Counted from the first letter of the stretch, positions 47,920-58,456 are shown. The stretch: DNA of 64,000 nucleotides from an uncultured Micavibrio sp. (GCA_964575605.1 CAZNRN010000012.1:2933-66932), one strand, 5' to 3'. Notes: generated by a model from the sequence alone, not told the origin. Program-made: numbers and translations.

Positions 47920-48471
47920 ATGCGAAACCTTCTTATCTGCCTCACTGTCCTTCTGCTGGCCGGCTGTACGGCAGCCGCCAATATGGTGGGGCTTGGCGAG
48001 AAAAAAGCGCCCGAGTACAGCTGCCCCGGCACGGCTGTGGTTTTCGGGGCGGATATCATCCCGGTCTTCGCCCCGGGCTCCCCGGCTAAGCCGGAGCCTG
48101 CCAATCTGGCCTCTACGGGCGTCTGGGGGCGCTATCAGGGGGATTGCTCTTATCACGACAAGGCCAACGAGGTTGCCTTTAACCTGAACCTTAATTTCCA
48201 GGCGCAAAAAGGCCCTATGGGCCAAAAGCTTAAGAAACAGAATTTACCATATTTCGTCGCTGTCCTGTCGCCCGAGGATAAAATATTGCAACGGACGGAG
48301 TTTTCGACTACGGTTGATTTCGATAATTCACCCGCCGGAACATCCACGGAACAACATTCGATCCGTATTCCGGTGTCGGGCAAGGCGACTGCCGGCAAGT
48401 ACAAACTGGTCTTCGGCTTTATCCTGACGCCCCGCCAACTTAACTATAACAGGGAAAAACATGGCTCTTAA
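47920..48471 (+). CDS. hypothetical lipoprotein
   Basis: [16 protein letters not shown] lipobox and an AGGA ribosome-binding site. Confidence 0.7.
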   Translation: MRNLLICLTVLLLAGCTAAANMVGLGEKKAPEYSCPGTAVVFGADIIPVFAPGSPAKPEPANLASTGVWGRYQGDCSYHDKANEVAFNLNLNFQAQKGPMGQKLKKQNLPYFVAVLSPEDKILQRTEFSTTVDFDNSPAGTSTEQHSIRIPVSGKATAGKYKLVFGFILTPRQLNYNREKHGS

Positions 48472-49090
48472 GGTCAAGCAATTCTGGCAGTCCGAGTTTA
48501 CCGAGCATGAAGACGTCATGGCGTTGACGCGCCAGCAGCTTCTGGGTTCCTTCGAAAAACTGCTCGAGGTTTCCACGTCCTGCATCAAGGCCGGCGGCAA
48601 GATCCTGTTCTTCGGCAACGGCGGCTCGGCTTCCGATGCCCAGCACCTGGCAACCGAACTGTCGGCGCGCTACAAGACCAACCGCGCCGCTATCGCCGCT
48701 ATCTCGCTGGCCACCGATACTTCCGCACTGACGGCGATCGGCAACGATTTCGGCTTCGAACATGTGTTCTCCCGCCAGATCGAGGCTATTGGCAAGCAGG
48801 GCGACGTTGCTATATGCATTTCCACCTCCGGCAACAGCCCGAACGTCCTGAAGGCGATTGAGCAGTGCAAGGCCCAGGGTATCACCACCGTCGGCTTCAC
48901 CGGCTTCTCGGGCGGCAAGATGGCCCCCTTGTGCGATATCCTGCTGAACGTGCCCTCGACCACCACGGCGCGCATCCAGGAGATGCACATCACGCTTGGC
49001 CAGATGTTCTGCGGCGCGCTGGAGCTGAACCTTGGCCTCGTCGCCGAGACGCAGCAGCAGCCCGCGGCGCCTGTCGCCAAAACCGCCTGA
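48461..49090 (+). CDS. SIS-domain protein, GmhA (phosphoheptose isomerase) / DiaA family
   Basis: GGKILFFGNGGSASDAQHLATEL and ISTSGNSPNV. GmhA and DiaA cannot be told apart by eye. Confidence 0.8.
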   Translation: MALKVKQFWQSEFTEHEDVMALTRQQLLGSFEKLLEVSTSCIKAGGKILFFGNGGSASDAQHLATELSARYKTNRAAIAAISLATDTSALTAIGNDFGFEHVFSRQIEAIGKQGDVAICISTSGNSPNVLKAIEQCKAQGITTVGFTGFSGGKMAPLCDILLNVPSTTTARIQEMHITLGQMFCGALELNLGLVAETQQQPAAPVAKTA

Positions 49091-49104
49091 GCCGAGTCTC
49101 TATT

Positions 49105-49353
49105 ATGTCAAAACAAGCTGCCGATCTCGAAAAACTGAGCTTCGAAGAAGCCCTGACCGAGCTTGAAAAGATCGTACGCCAGCTTGAAACCGGCTCCTCC
49201 GACCTGAAATCCTCCATCGACGCCTACGAGCGCGGCATGAGCCTGCGCAAGCTGTGCGATGGTAAACTGAAAGAGGCACAGGGCCGTATCGAGAAGATCA
49301 CGGTTGGCGAGGGCGGCAAGGCATCCGCCGAAAGCTTCAGGCTGCAGGAATAA
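49105..49353 (+). CDS. xseB: exodeoxyribonuclease VII small subunit
   Basis: LSFEEALTELEKIVRQLE... 82 aa. Sits in the conserved xseB-ispA-dxs order. Confidence 0.88.
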   Translation: MSKQAADLEKLSFEEALTELEKIVRQLETGSSDLKSSIDAYERGMSLRKLCDGKLKEAQGRIEKITVGEGGKASAESFRLQE

Positions 49354-49439
49354 CCCTCCCGTTCAAAAATAGTGCCTTTTTTCTGCGACTTAGGGTATAA
49401 CAGTCGTCAGCAAAAAACTGTCAGAAGGCATTTAAAACG

Positions 49440-50348
49440 ATGGCGCCATCACCACGCGAGGCAACACCGAAACTCTCACAGGCGATGGACGACTGCCGCG
49501 AAGGCGTCAACAAAACCATCGCAAGCCTCCTGCCTGCGACCGACCTGGTCGAAGCGCCCCTTTTCGATGCCATGCGCTACGCGGTTCTGAACGGCGGTAA
49601 ACGCCTTCGTCCCTTCATGGTGATGGAAGGTGCGCGCGTTTTTGGTGTCGATGCCGCCCGTGCCCGCCGCGTTGCCGCCGCTGCTGAAATCGTACACTGC
49701 TATTCGCTCGTCCACGACGACCTTCCCGCAATGGACAACTCCGACCTCCGCCGCGGCAAGCCTTCGCTGCACAAGGCTTATAACGAGGCGACCGCTATCC
49801 TTGCGGGCGATGCGTTGTTGACGCTCGCTTTCGAAATCCTTGCAGATCCAGAAACGCATGAAGATCCGCGCGTGCGTGTAGAACTGATGGCTAACCTTGC
49901 AGGCGCCATTGGCATGCATGGCATGGTTGGCGGCCAGATGCTTGACCTGATTGGCGAAAAACAGGAATTCGACGCTGGCACCATTACGCGCATGCAACGC
50001 ATGAAAACCGGCAAGCTGATCGCCTTCTGTTGCGAAGCAGGCGCGATCCTCGGTAAAGCGAACCCGGCGCACCGCCAATCGCTACGCAACTATGCCCATG
50101 ACCTCGGCCTCGCCTTCCAGGTGACGGACGACTTGCTCGACGTCGAAGGCAACGTGAAGGAACTGGGCAAGCCGGTCGGCGCAGATGGCAAGAAGGCGAC
50201 CTTCGTCTCCGCCATGGGTGTCGAACAGGCCAAAGCGCGCGCCCAGATGCTGGTCGACCAGGCAATCATGCACCTGCGCGTGTTTGACGCGGGGCGCGTC
50301 GATCTGCTGAAAGACCTTGCCCGCTACGTGCTCGAACGCCGGGTTTAA
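49440..50348 (+). CDS. ispA: (2E,6E)-farnesyl diphosphate synthase
   Basis: First DDxxD in HCYSLVHDDLPAMDN and second in FQVTDDLLD. Confidence 0.9.
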   Translation: MAPSPREATPKLSQAMDDCREGVNKTIASLLPATDLVEAPLFDAMRYAVLNGGKRLRPFMVMEGARVFGVDAARARRVAAAAEIVHCYSLVHDDLPAMDNSDLRRGKPSLHKAYNEATAILAGDALLTLAFEILADPETHEDPRVRVELMANLAGAIGMHGMVGGQMLDLIGEKQEFDAGTITRMQRMKTGKLIAFCCEAGAILGKANPAHRQSLRNYAHDLGLAFQVTDDLLDVEGNVKELGKPVGADGKKATFVSAMGVEQAKARAQMLVDQAIMHLRVFDAGRVDLLKDLARYVLERRV

Positions 50349-50535
50349 TTCTTTCGGTTACCCCATAATTTTGCGCAATAAAGCCACGGTTTTGGCACCG
50401 TGAACGCATTATTTCCGCTTTATATCAATGGTATAATAAGGATAAGACCGGCACCTGGAACTGCACGGGAAGATTGAACCACCCTCTGTCAATTTTCCTG
50501 AAAACGTGTATAAAAACAGGCAAAGGAAAACAGCC

Positions 50536-52449
50536 ATGGCAACTCCGCTCCTTGATAAGGTCAATTATCCGAACGACCTGCGTCAACTGGACAAGAAAGA
50601 CCTGCCCCAGCTTGCTGCCGAACTGCGGCAGGAGATGATTGATGCCGTCGCCGTCACGGGCGGGCATTTGGGCGCTGGCCTTGGTGTGGTCGAGCTGACG
50701 ACAGCCATCCACTATGTTTTCAACACACCCGAAGACCGCCTGATCTGGGATGTTGGACATCAAGCCTATCCGCATAAAATTCTCACCGGCCGCCGCGACC
50801 GCATCAAGACACTGCGTCAGGGCGGCGGTCTTTCGGGCTTCACCAAGCGTTCCGAGAGCGAATACGACCCCTTCGGCGCCGCCCATAGCTCGACGTCGAT
50901 TTCTGCCGGACTCGGCATGGCGGTCGCGCGCGATTTTGATAAAGGCGACAACAAGATCATCTGCGTCATCGGCGATGGCGCGATGTCGGCCGGTATGGCC
51001 TACGAAGCTATGAACAATGCCGGCGCGCTGAAAAGCCGCCTCGTCGTTATCCTGAACGACAATGACATGTCTATTGCGCCGCCTGTGGGCGCGATGAGCG
51101 CTTACCTCTCCCGCCTGATTTCGTCGAAGCCTTACTTAAGCATGCGCGAAATCGGCAAGAAGATGACGGGCAGGCTACCGCCGCTGATGAAAACCGCCGC
51201 CAAGCGCGCCGAGGAATATGCGCGCGGCATGATGACGGGCGGCACATTGTTCGAAGAACTCGGTTTCTATTATGTGGGCCCGATTGACGGCCACAACCTC
51301 GACCACCTGCTGCCCGTACTTGAAAACGTGCGCGACAGTATTTATGAAGGCCCGATCCTCGTCCACGTGGTAACCAAAAAAGGCAAAGGCTACCCGCCTG
51401 CTGAAACCGCCGCCGACAAGATGCACGGCGTCGCGAAATTCGACGTGCTGACCGGCGCGCAGGCCAAGCCTAAAACCACGTTGCCCAGCTATACCAAGGT
51501 TTTCGCGCAGAGCCTGATCGAAGAAGCAAAGCGCGACCCGAAAATCGTCGCGGTGACCGCGGCCATGCCCTCGGGCACCGGTCTTGACCTGTTCGAAAAA
51601 GCCTTCCCCGACCGTATGTTCGACGTCGGCATCGCCGAGCAGCATGCGGTGACTTTCGCGGCCGGCCTTGCCACCGAAGGCTATCGCCCCTTCGTCACCA
51701 TCTATTCGACTTTCCTGCAGCGCGCCTATGACCAGGTTGTGCATGATGTCGCCATACAGAACCTGCCGGTGCGTTTCGCCATGGACCGTGCGGGCCTTGT
51801 CGGCGCCGATGGCGCGACGCATGCGGGATCCTTTGATATCGCCTACCTCGGTTGCCTGCCCAATATGGTGCTGATGGCAGCTGCGGATGAAGTCGAGTTG
51901 CAGCATATGACCGCGACCGCTGCTGCCTATGACTCTGGCCCCATCGCCTTCCGTTATCCGCGTGGCGAGGGCATCGGGCTCGAACTACTGCCGCACGGCA
52001 TTCCACTTGAAATCGGCAAGGGCCGCGTCATGAAGCAGGGCACGAAAATCGCGCTGCTCAGCTACGGAACACGCTTGCAGGAATGCCTTGCCGCTGCGCA
52101 GCAGCTGGAAGCCATGGGCCTGTCGACAACCGTCGCTGACGCCCGTTTCGCTAAACCGCTGGACGCCGACCTGATTGGCCGCCTCGCCCGCAACCACGAA
52201 GTCGTGGTGACGGTGGAGGAGGGTTCAATCTGTGGCTTTGGTGCCTTGGTCCTGCAACATCTTGCGCAAACCGGCGCGCTGGACGCAGGCCTGAAAATCC
52301 GCACCATGACCCTGCCCGATATCTTCATCGACCACGACACGCCGCAAAAGCAGTATGACCTGGCCGAACTGAACGCGCGCCATGTTGTGTCACAGGCCGT
52401 ACAGGCGCTAGGCACTGGCGCTGCTTTGCCCTCGGCGCTGAAAGCCTGA
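50536..52449 (+). CDS. dxs: 1-deoxy-D-xylulose-5-phosphate synthase
   Basis: [14 protein letters not shown] and [18 protein letters not shown] motif. Start at MATPLLDKV with an AAGGA ribosome-binding site. Confidence 0.95.
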   Translation: MATPLLDKVNYPNDLRQLDKKDLPQLAAELRQEMIDAVAVTGGHLGAGLGVVELTTAIHYVFNTPEDRLIWDVGHQAYPHKILTGRRDRIKTLRQGGGLSGFTKRSESEYDPFGAAHSSTSISAGLGMAVARDFDKGDNKIICVIGDGAMSAGMAYEAMNNAGALKSRLVVILNDNDMSIAPPVGAMSAYLSRLISSKPYLSMREIGKKMTGRLPPLMKTAAKRAEEYARGMMTGGTLFEELGFYYVGPIDGHNLDHLLPVLENVRDSIYEGPILVHVVTKKGKGYPPAETAADKMHGVAKFDVLTGAQAKPKTTLPSYTKVFAQSLIEEAKRDPKIVAVTAAMPSGTGLDLFEKAFPDRMFDVGIAEQHAVTFAAGLATEGYRPFVTIYSTFLQRAYDQVVHDVAIQNLPVRFAMDRAGLVGADGATHAGSFDIAYLGCLPNMVLMAAADEVELQHMTATAAAYDSGPIAFRYPRGEGIGLELLPHGIPLEIGKGRVMKQGTKIALLSYGTRLQECLAAAQQLEAMGLSTTVADARFAKPLDADLIGRLARNHEVVVTVEEGSICGFGALVLQHLAQTGALDAGLKIRTMTLPDIFIDHDTPQKQYDLAELNARHVVSQAVQALGTGAALPSALKA

Positions 52450-53189
52450 TGGGCGATAAGAAGCGCATCGACCTCATCCTTGTCGAAAAAGGACTCGCGC
52501 CCAGCCGTGCGCGCGCGCAGGAACTTGTGAAAAACGGCCTTGTCAAAGCCAATAACCTCCCTGTGTCAAAACCTTCTTCCGAATTCGACCCCTCCACGGA
52601 TATTGCCGTCAGCGGCGATGTGCACAGCTGGGTCAGCCGTGGCGGGCAAAAACTTGATCATGCGCTACAGGAATTCAGTATCGCAGTCGGGGGCAAGACC
52701 TGCCTCGACCTTGGCGCTTCTACCGGCGGTTTCACGGATGTGCTGCTGCACCATGGCGCCAGAAAAGTTTACGCCGTTGATGTGGGGCATGGCCAACTTG
52801 CTGAAAAGCTGAAATCGGATACGCGGGTCGTGAATATCGAAGGTATGCACGCCAAAGACCTTGATGCCAAAAGTATACCCGAGCGCGTTGACATTATAGT
52901 GATCGACGTCAGTTTTATCGGTCTCTCTAAAGTCCTGCCTTTCGCGGCCGCCCTTGCGGCGAAGGAGTGCGACCTCGTCTGCCTTGTGAAGCCGCAGTTC
53001 GAAGTCGGCCGCGAAAACATCGGCAGGGGCGGCATCGTGCGCGATGATGCTATGCAGCGTAAAGCCTGCACGGATGTTCAAGCCTTCATCGAATCGACCC
53101 TGAAGTGGGACGTGAAAGGGATCATCAAAAGTCCGATTGACGGCGGGGACGGGAACCGCGAGTTCCTGCTTGCGGCCTCCAACTACTAG
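52449..53189 (+). CDS. tlyA: TlyA-family rRNA 2'-O-methyltransferase
   Basis: S4-like N-terminus (RIDLILVEKGLAPSRARAQELV) and LDLGASTGGFTDVLL. TGATG overlap with dxs. Confidence 0.88.
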   Translation: MGDKKRIDLILVEKGLAPSRARAQELVKNGLVKANNLPVSKPSSEFDPSTDIAVSGDVHSWVSRGGQKLDHALQEFSIAVGGKTCLDLGASTGGFTDVLLHHGARKVYAVDVGHGQLAEKLKSDTRVVNIEGMHAKDLDAKSIPERVDIIVIDVSFIGLSKVLPFAAALAAKECDLVCLVKPQFEVGRENIGRGGIVRDDAMQRKACTDVQAFIESTLKWDVKGIIKSPIDGGDGNREFLLAASNY

Positions 53190-53261
53190 AAAATCATTGC
53201 ATTTTAAGAGCTTAGGGCAGCTATTGCCCGTTCCTGCAAAGCTGTTTATTGTCATAAGCAT

Positions 53262-54350
53262 ATGACAGACAAGCATGATCGCGATAAACCTGCGCCGGAA
53301 CAGGCGCCGGCAAACAACACGCCCTCAGTGGCGACGCCATGGCTTGCGCGCGTGAAATCGCGCGTCAAAAAAATCGTCGATACTGTCGATGACCGTTGCG
53401 CACAGCTGCGGCACGGTTCGCACAGCGACCATCGCCGCGCCATCATCGCGCGCCTGAAAGAACTGCCGGGCGGCGAGGCCATGCTGCTTTCCGCTAAAAA
53501 GCACGGTGTGAAGATTTCCGTCGTCTCGCTGCGCCGGAACAAGGGCAGCAAGGGGAAATTCACCCGCAGCAGCAGCGGCGCTCGCATCCGTGTCAGCAAT
53601 ACAGGCTCAGGCGCGCGCATGGCGACGACGCTCTGGCACGAACTACGCCATATGCAGCAGCATATCGAGCGGGGAGATATGACGGGCGGCGTTACACGTG
53701 TGCTTGATACGCGCGCGCAGCACATGATTTCATTGATGATCGAGGCCGACGCCTATACTGCGCAGATGCTGATGGGCCTGCGCCAGAAGAAAGCCGGCAA
53801 CCCCGAATATTATGACGCGCTGATGGAACGTAAATCACCCGCCTTCATCTCTATCAAAAAATTCCTAAAAAAAACGCCTTACGAAACCGTGCAGGACGAA
53901 AAGGCCTTTGCGCGCGCGCTGTTCACTGAAATGATGCTGACCGGCCTTCCGGCCTATCACGCCAAATATCTAGATGCCTATGCGAAAGCTTTCGAAAGCG
54001 CCAAAACTGCGGAAGAATTCAGGGCGCAGATGAGTGGGCGTAAACCACCGCCCGACTTTGCGCCGTCAAAATCGCTGCATGATATTTATGGCGTCACAGC
54101 ACCTCCTGATTTGCGCCGCATCGCAGCTTCGTTCCTTTCTGCACAAGACAAGGCTTTGCGCAGGGTCATCGGTAAGGTCGATGATACGACCCGGAATGCT
54201 GCAATGATCAGCGAAACGGATTTTCAGCAGGCAAAGGCGGAAATTGTCCGCGAATCAAAAAGACTCGCAAAATCCTTCAGAAAAAATGCCGCGCCAACTT
54301 CCCCACAGAAACACGATATACTGCGTACAGCAGCAATAAAGCCGTTTTAA
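53262..54350 (+). CDS. hypothetical protein, family member P4 with intact HELRH ... EAD (putative gluzincin-like metallopeptidase)
   Basis: HELRH at 53637..53651 with MIEADAYTA about 33 aa downstream. Colinear with P1-P3. No obvious SD sequence before the ATG. Confidence 0.7.
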   Translation: MTDKHDRDKPAPEQAPANNTPSVATPWLARVKSRVKKIVDTVDDRCAQLRHGSHSDHRRAIIARLKELPGGEAMLLSAKKHGVKISVVSLRRNKGSKGKFTRSSSGARIRVSNTGSGARMATTLWHELRHMQQHIERGDMTGGVTRVLDTRAQHMISLMIEADAYTAQMLMGLRQKKAGNPEYYDALMERKSPAFISIKKFLKKTPYETVQDEKAFARALFTEMMLTGLPAYHAKYLDAYAKAFESAKTAEEFRAQMSGRKPPPDFAPSKSLHDIYGVTAPPDLRRIAASFLSAQDKALRRVIGKVDDTTRNAAMISETDFQQAKAEIVRESKRLAKSFRKNAAPTSPQKHDILRTAAIKPF

Positions 54351-55183
54351 ACCGTCCCCCGCGCCAGAGATGTATTAACCGCGGCAACCGTCGCCTCTGC
54401 TATCGCCTCGAACAATTTGTCCGAAACTTCCTCGTAAAGCGCTTGCTGGTCAGGGTCAAAGGCCAGGTCATTCCACCCGCTGTTGCCGCCAAAGACGAAA
54501 GCAGTTTGTACTGCGTCCAACACTGCAACAGCACCCTTTTGCAAAAAGCCCTCGGGCGCAATATCGCGCGAGAAAGCATGCAGGAACTGTCCGTTGGACG
54601 ACAGCGTTTCAATGGCGCGCGAGAAATATTCGCTATAGGGGTCCAATTGTTCATGCACCGTGGCAAAAGCCAGCACCTCGCGCAAAGTGGCGAAAAGCAC
54701 GGCATGCGCCCGCGGTAGGGCATCGGGCAAGACAGGCGGTGAGGCAGGCCCCTGCCCGATGCGGCCGTAAGACATCTGCCAGACACGGCCGCCTTCAGCA
54801 TTCTGGTCGCCCAGCGCCATTTTCTGCGCCCAATAACGGCTGCGCCCTTCCGGGCGCAGCTCCTCGATCGTCCAGATCTTGCCACCGCCGGCATAGGCCG
54901 CCGATTTGCGGTCGGAAATATTCGGACGGTTGGCGGGATCGCAGATCAGCCTTAAGCCCGCAGCGCCGCCTTTTTTAATCAGTGGAAACCAGTCGTCGGG
55001 AGATGGGGTAAGTGCGGTTTCGACGGGAGTCGGCGAAGTCGGGTTTTTAACCTCAAAAAACCTCACAAATTCGCAGAACTGGCAGGTGGAATTGCGGCTG
55101 AAATAATCAACAGTACCCAGCCCCTGCAAAAATGCATTGCCGTGGCAGACCAGTGCGGCCATTTGGGCGACGGGGCCGTTCAT
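54347..55183 (-). CDS. hypothetical protein (278 aa), downstream of ivd
   Basis: The ATG lies 7 nt after the ivd stop on the same strand. Its stop overlaps the P4 stop (TTAA). No family recognised. Confidence 0.65.
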   Translation of the reverse strand: MNGPVAQMAALVCHGNAFLQGLGTVDYFSRNSTCQFCEFVRFFEVKNPTSPTPVETALTPSPDDWFPLIKKGGAAGLRLICDPANRPNISDRKSAAYAGGGKIWTIEELRPEGRSRYWAQKMALGDQNAEGGRVWQMSYGRIGQGPASPPVLPDALPRAHAVLFATLREVLAFATVHEQLDPYSEYFSRAIETLSSNGQFLHAFSRDIAPEGFLQKGAVAVLDAVQTAFVFGGNSGWNDLAFDPDQQALYEEVSDKLFEAIAEATVAAVNTSLARGTV

Positions 55184-55190
55184 GGGGGCG

Positions 55191-56420
55191 TCAGGTGGTT
55201 TCCTTGAACAATTCGCGGCCGATCAGCATGCGGCGGATTTCGCTCGTGCCGGCGCCGATCTCGTAAAGCTTGGCGTCGCGCAGGAAACGGCCGGTAGGAA
55301 AATCGTTGATGTACCCGTTACCGCCAAGCGTCTGGATAGCTTCCAGCGCCATCCACGTCGCCTTTTCAGCGGCATAGAGGATTGCGCCGGCGGCATCCTT
55401 GCGGGTGATTTCCTTGCGGTCGCAGGCCTTGCCCACGGCATAGACGTAGGAGCGCGAGGTATTCAGCGCGACATACATATCCGCCATCTTGCCCTGCATC
55501 AGCTGGAATTCGCCAATGCTCTGCCCGAACTGCTTGCGCTCGTGCACATAGGGGATGACCACATCCATGCAGGCTTGCATGATGCCGATGGGGCCGGCGG
55601 CCAGTACCGCGCGTTCGTAATCCAGGCCACTCATTAAAACGTTCACGCCCTTGCCGACCTGGCCAAGCACGTTTTCTTCCGGCACTTCGCAATCCTGGAA
55701 GACCAGCTCGCAGGTGTTCGACCCGCGCATGCCGAGCTTGTCCAGCTTCTGCGCTGTCGAAAACCCCTTGAACCCGCGCTCGATAATAAACGCCGTGATG
55801 CCTTTTGCATTGGCGGCGGGATCGGTCTTGGCATAGACAACCAAAGTATGCGCGTCGGGCCCGTTGGTGATCCACATCTTGTTGCCGTTCAGGACGTAGC
55901 GGTCGCCCTTTTTCTCGGCCTTCAGCTTCATCGATACGACGTCGGAACCGGCACCCGGCTCGCTCATCGCCAGCGCGCCGATCTTTTTGCCGGCGCAAAG
56001 GTCGGGGAGGTATTTTTTCTTCTGCGCTTCCGACCCGTTCAGGCTGATCTGGTTGACGCAGAGGTTCGAAAACGCACCATAGGAAAGGCCGATGCTGGCC
56101 GAAGCGCGGCTGATTTCTTCCATCGCCACGATATGCTCGATATAGCCAAGCCCCGTGCCGCCGTATTCTTCGGCAACCGTCATGCCCAACAGTCCGAGCG
56201 CGCCCATTTCCGGCCACAGCTCGTTCGGGAACTCGTTGTTGTGGTCAACGTCGGCCGCGATGGGTGCGATGCGGTCCTGGGCGAATTTGCGTACGGAATC
56301 GCGAATGGCTTCGGCGTTCTCGCCCAAGTCGAATTTCAGCGAGGGATAATCCAGCGCCTTGGGGACGTATGATTCTTTTTTGCTCATCTGGGGCTCTTTT
56401 TTCTGTGCCGAAACGGACAT
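55191..56420 (-). CDS. ivd: isovaleryl-CoA dehydrogenase
   Basis: Acyl-CoA dehydrogenase fold with an IVD-like block [35 protein letters not shown]. An alternative start at 56387 is possible. Confidence 0.85.
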   Translation of the reverse strand: MSVSAQKKEPQMSKKESYVPKALDYPSLKFDLGENAEAIRDSVRKFAQDRIAPIAADVDHNNEFPNELWPEMGALGLLGMTVAEEYGGTGLGYIEHIVAMEEISRASASIGLSYGAFSNLCVNQISLNGSEAQKKKYLPDLCAGKKIGALAMSEPGAGSDVVSMKLKAEKKGDRYVLNGNKMWITNGPDAHTLVVYAKTDPAANAKGITAFIIERGFKGFSTAQKLDKLGMRGSNTCELVFQDCEVPEENVLGQVGKGVNVLMSGLDYERAVLAAGPIGIMQACMDVVIPYVHERKQFGQSIGEFQLMQGKMADMYVALNTSRSYVYAVGKACDRKEITRKDAAGAILYAAEKATWMALEAIQTLGGNGYINDFPTGRFLRDAKLYEIGAGTSEIRRMLIGRELFKETT

Positions 56421-56496
56421 GGGAAACCTCGTGGAAATGACTGCCTTACCTTACCCAAAAGAGGGGGTGAGGGCGATATGCCATTTGTTTACGGAA

Positions 56497-56925
56497 TCAT
56501 TTGCGCAAGTGCAAGGGGCCGCTGAGCTTCAACGGCGCTTCAAGGCCGGTCGAATACTGGATGATGGCGGTTTCGGCTTCCCGCCTCAAGGCTTCCTCGG
56601 CGCGGTGTTCTTCCTCGCGCGCGCGTTTAGCGGCGGCCGAGGTAAAGAGGTCGCAAATGCTGGAGAAATTCTGCAGCCCCGCCTGTTCAAAGGCTGTAAA
56701 GCCGTGCGGATCGCGGTGAGACATGTCTGCTCCTTTATCCAGCAGCAGCTTCACAATGTGCTCCTGCGCATACATGGCGGCGTGGAATAGAGGGGTTTGT
56801 CCCAGTGCGCTGACAAGGTCGCGTGCCGCCGGGAAAGCATCGAGGATTTTTTCGACATAGCCGAAATCGCCTGTTTCACAGGCGTCGAAGAATTCGTCCA
56901 TTTGCTTGTCGGTCAGTGCGGGCAT
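56497..56925 (-). CDS. ankyrin-repeat protein (142 aa)
   Basis: GQTPLFHAAMYAQEHIVKLLLDKGADMSHRDPHGFTAFE is a canonical ANK repeat, preceded by a second degenerate one. Confidence 0.75.
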   Translation of the reverse strand: MPALTDKQMDEFFDACETGDFGYVEKILDAFPAARDLVSALGQTPLFHAAMYAQEHIVKLLLDKGADMSHRDPHGFTAFEQAGLQNFSSICDLFTSAAAKRAREEEHRAEEALRREAETAIIQYSTGLEAPLKLSGPLHLRK

Positions 56926-57009
56926 GGGGTGGCGTTCCTAAAGCAAAAAGTATAAGGGAGTCATTATGTTTATGTCTATTCAAAATATAAATAGCTAATT
57001 AAATCAATG

Positions 57010-58443
57010 CTATAAAAGAAGCAAGGTGGCCAATCCCAAAAAAGCCATAAAGCCCACCACGTCCGTTACAGTCGTCAGCAGGACGCCGGATGATGGCGCC
57101 GGATCCAATCCGAAACGCGCCAGCGCCACCGGAATCAGCGCGCCGAACAATCCCGCAGCGACAAGATTGATGACCATGGCGGCTGCGATCACGATGCCGA
57201 GATATGTGTCCGAATACCACCAGGCAACCGAGGCGCCGAGAATAACGGCGAAGAGCAGCCCGTTGACGAGGCCGACCGTGCATTCCTTGCCAATCACGCG
57301 CCACGCATTGGCGGCGGAAACTTCCTTTGTTGCCAGCGCGCGGATAAGGACGGCCAGCGCCTGTGTGCCTGCGTTGCCGCCCATAGACGCGACGATGGGC
57401 ATCAAAATCGCAAGCGCGACGATTTTTTCGATCGAATGCTCGAATATGCCTATAACAAAGGAGGCAAGGAAAGCGGTGCCGAGGTTTATCACCAGCCACC
57501 ACGAGCGCGACTTGGCGGTCGAGAACATCGAACGGTTGATGTCTGAATCGCTCACGCCGCCGAGCTTCAGGAAGTCTGCTTCCGCCTCTTCGTCGATGAC
57601 GTCAACCACGTCGTCGATGGTAATCACGCCGACCAGCCGGTTTTCGGCGTCAACGACTGGCGCGGACAAAAGGTCCTTGCGGCGGAAGAGGTGTGCAATC
57701 TGGCCCGATTCCATGTCGAGCGGCACAGTTACATGCTCCTCGTTCACCAGCGTATCGACCTTGGTCGCGCGTTGCGCGCAAACCAGTCTTGCTAATGTAA
57801 CTGAACCAATAAAACGATGGCGCGGGTCGACGATAAAGATATCGTAAAACTTTTCAGGCAGGGCTTCGGCTGCTGCGCGCATATAGTCGACAATCTTGCC
57901 TACCGTCCAGAATTGCGGGATGGCGACGAATTCGCGCTGCATCAGGCGGCCTGCGCTGCCTTCTTCGAAGGTCAGGCCTTCCTCCACCGCGGCGCGCACC
58001 TTGCGTGACAGGTGGCGCATGATGTCCGCGCGCCTGTCGTCGCCGAGGTCGTCGATCAGACGGATAGCGTCGTCGCTTTCCAGTTCGTTGACGATCGACG
58101 CGACATGTTGCCCCGGCATATTCTGCAACAGGTTGTTCAGCAGTTCATGGTCGAAGTAGGTGAAGGTCTCGGGAGGGATGACGGACTCCAGGATTTCCAC
58201 CAGCTGCAGGCGGTCTTCGGGGCTGACCTTGGTCAATAGTTCGGCGGCGTCCGGCGCCGACAGGTCACGGCACAGTTCCTGGATGCGGTCGGTATAGTTG
58301 TGGCCGAGAAGCTCAAGAATCTCTTTAATAAACTCGTCAGTCAGGCCGATGGTATGCTCGTCGGATGCGTCGGGCTGCTGGTCGGGCGGGCCGTCCAGCG
58401 TCACGCCGTCCTCCGGCTTTCTGTCTTCCCGCTCGTCGTCCAT
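57010..58443 (-). CDS. mgtE: magnesium transporter MgtE
   Basis: N-domain, tandem CBS and 5-TM C-terminal domain with GNAGTQ and LLTTVTDVVGF. Confidence 0.92.
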   Translation of the reverse strand: MDDEREDRKPEDGVTLDGPPDQQPDASDEHTIGLTDEFIKEILELLGHNYTDRIQELCRDLSAPDAAELLTKVSPEDRLQLVEILESVIPPETFTYFDHELLNNLLQNMPGQHVASIVNELESDDAIRLIDDLGDDRRADIMRHLSRKVRAAVEEGLTFEEGSAGRLMQREFVAIPQFWTVGKIVDYMRAAAEALPEKFYDIFIVDPRHRFIGSVTLARLVCAQRATKVDTLVNEEHVTVPLDMESGQIAHLFRRKDLLSAPVVDAENRLVGVITIDDVVDVIDEEAEADFLKLGGVSDSDINRSMFSTAKSRSWWLVINLGTAFLASFVIGIFEHSIEKIVALAILMPIVASMGGNAGTQALAVLIRALATKEVSAANAWRVIGKECTVGLVNGLLFAVILGASVAWWYSDTYLGIVIAAAMVINLVAAGLFGALIPVALARFGLDPAPSSGVLLTTVTDVVGFMAFLGLATLLLL

Positions 58444-58456
58444 AGTAGCCTTGTCT

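Noticed and set aside
48461-49090. Calling the SIS-domain gene diaA (DnaA initiator-associating factor) because of its origin proximity
   Set aside because: GmhA and DiaA cannot be distinguished by eye, and the gene is 31 kb from the putative origin. It is left as a family-level call.
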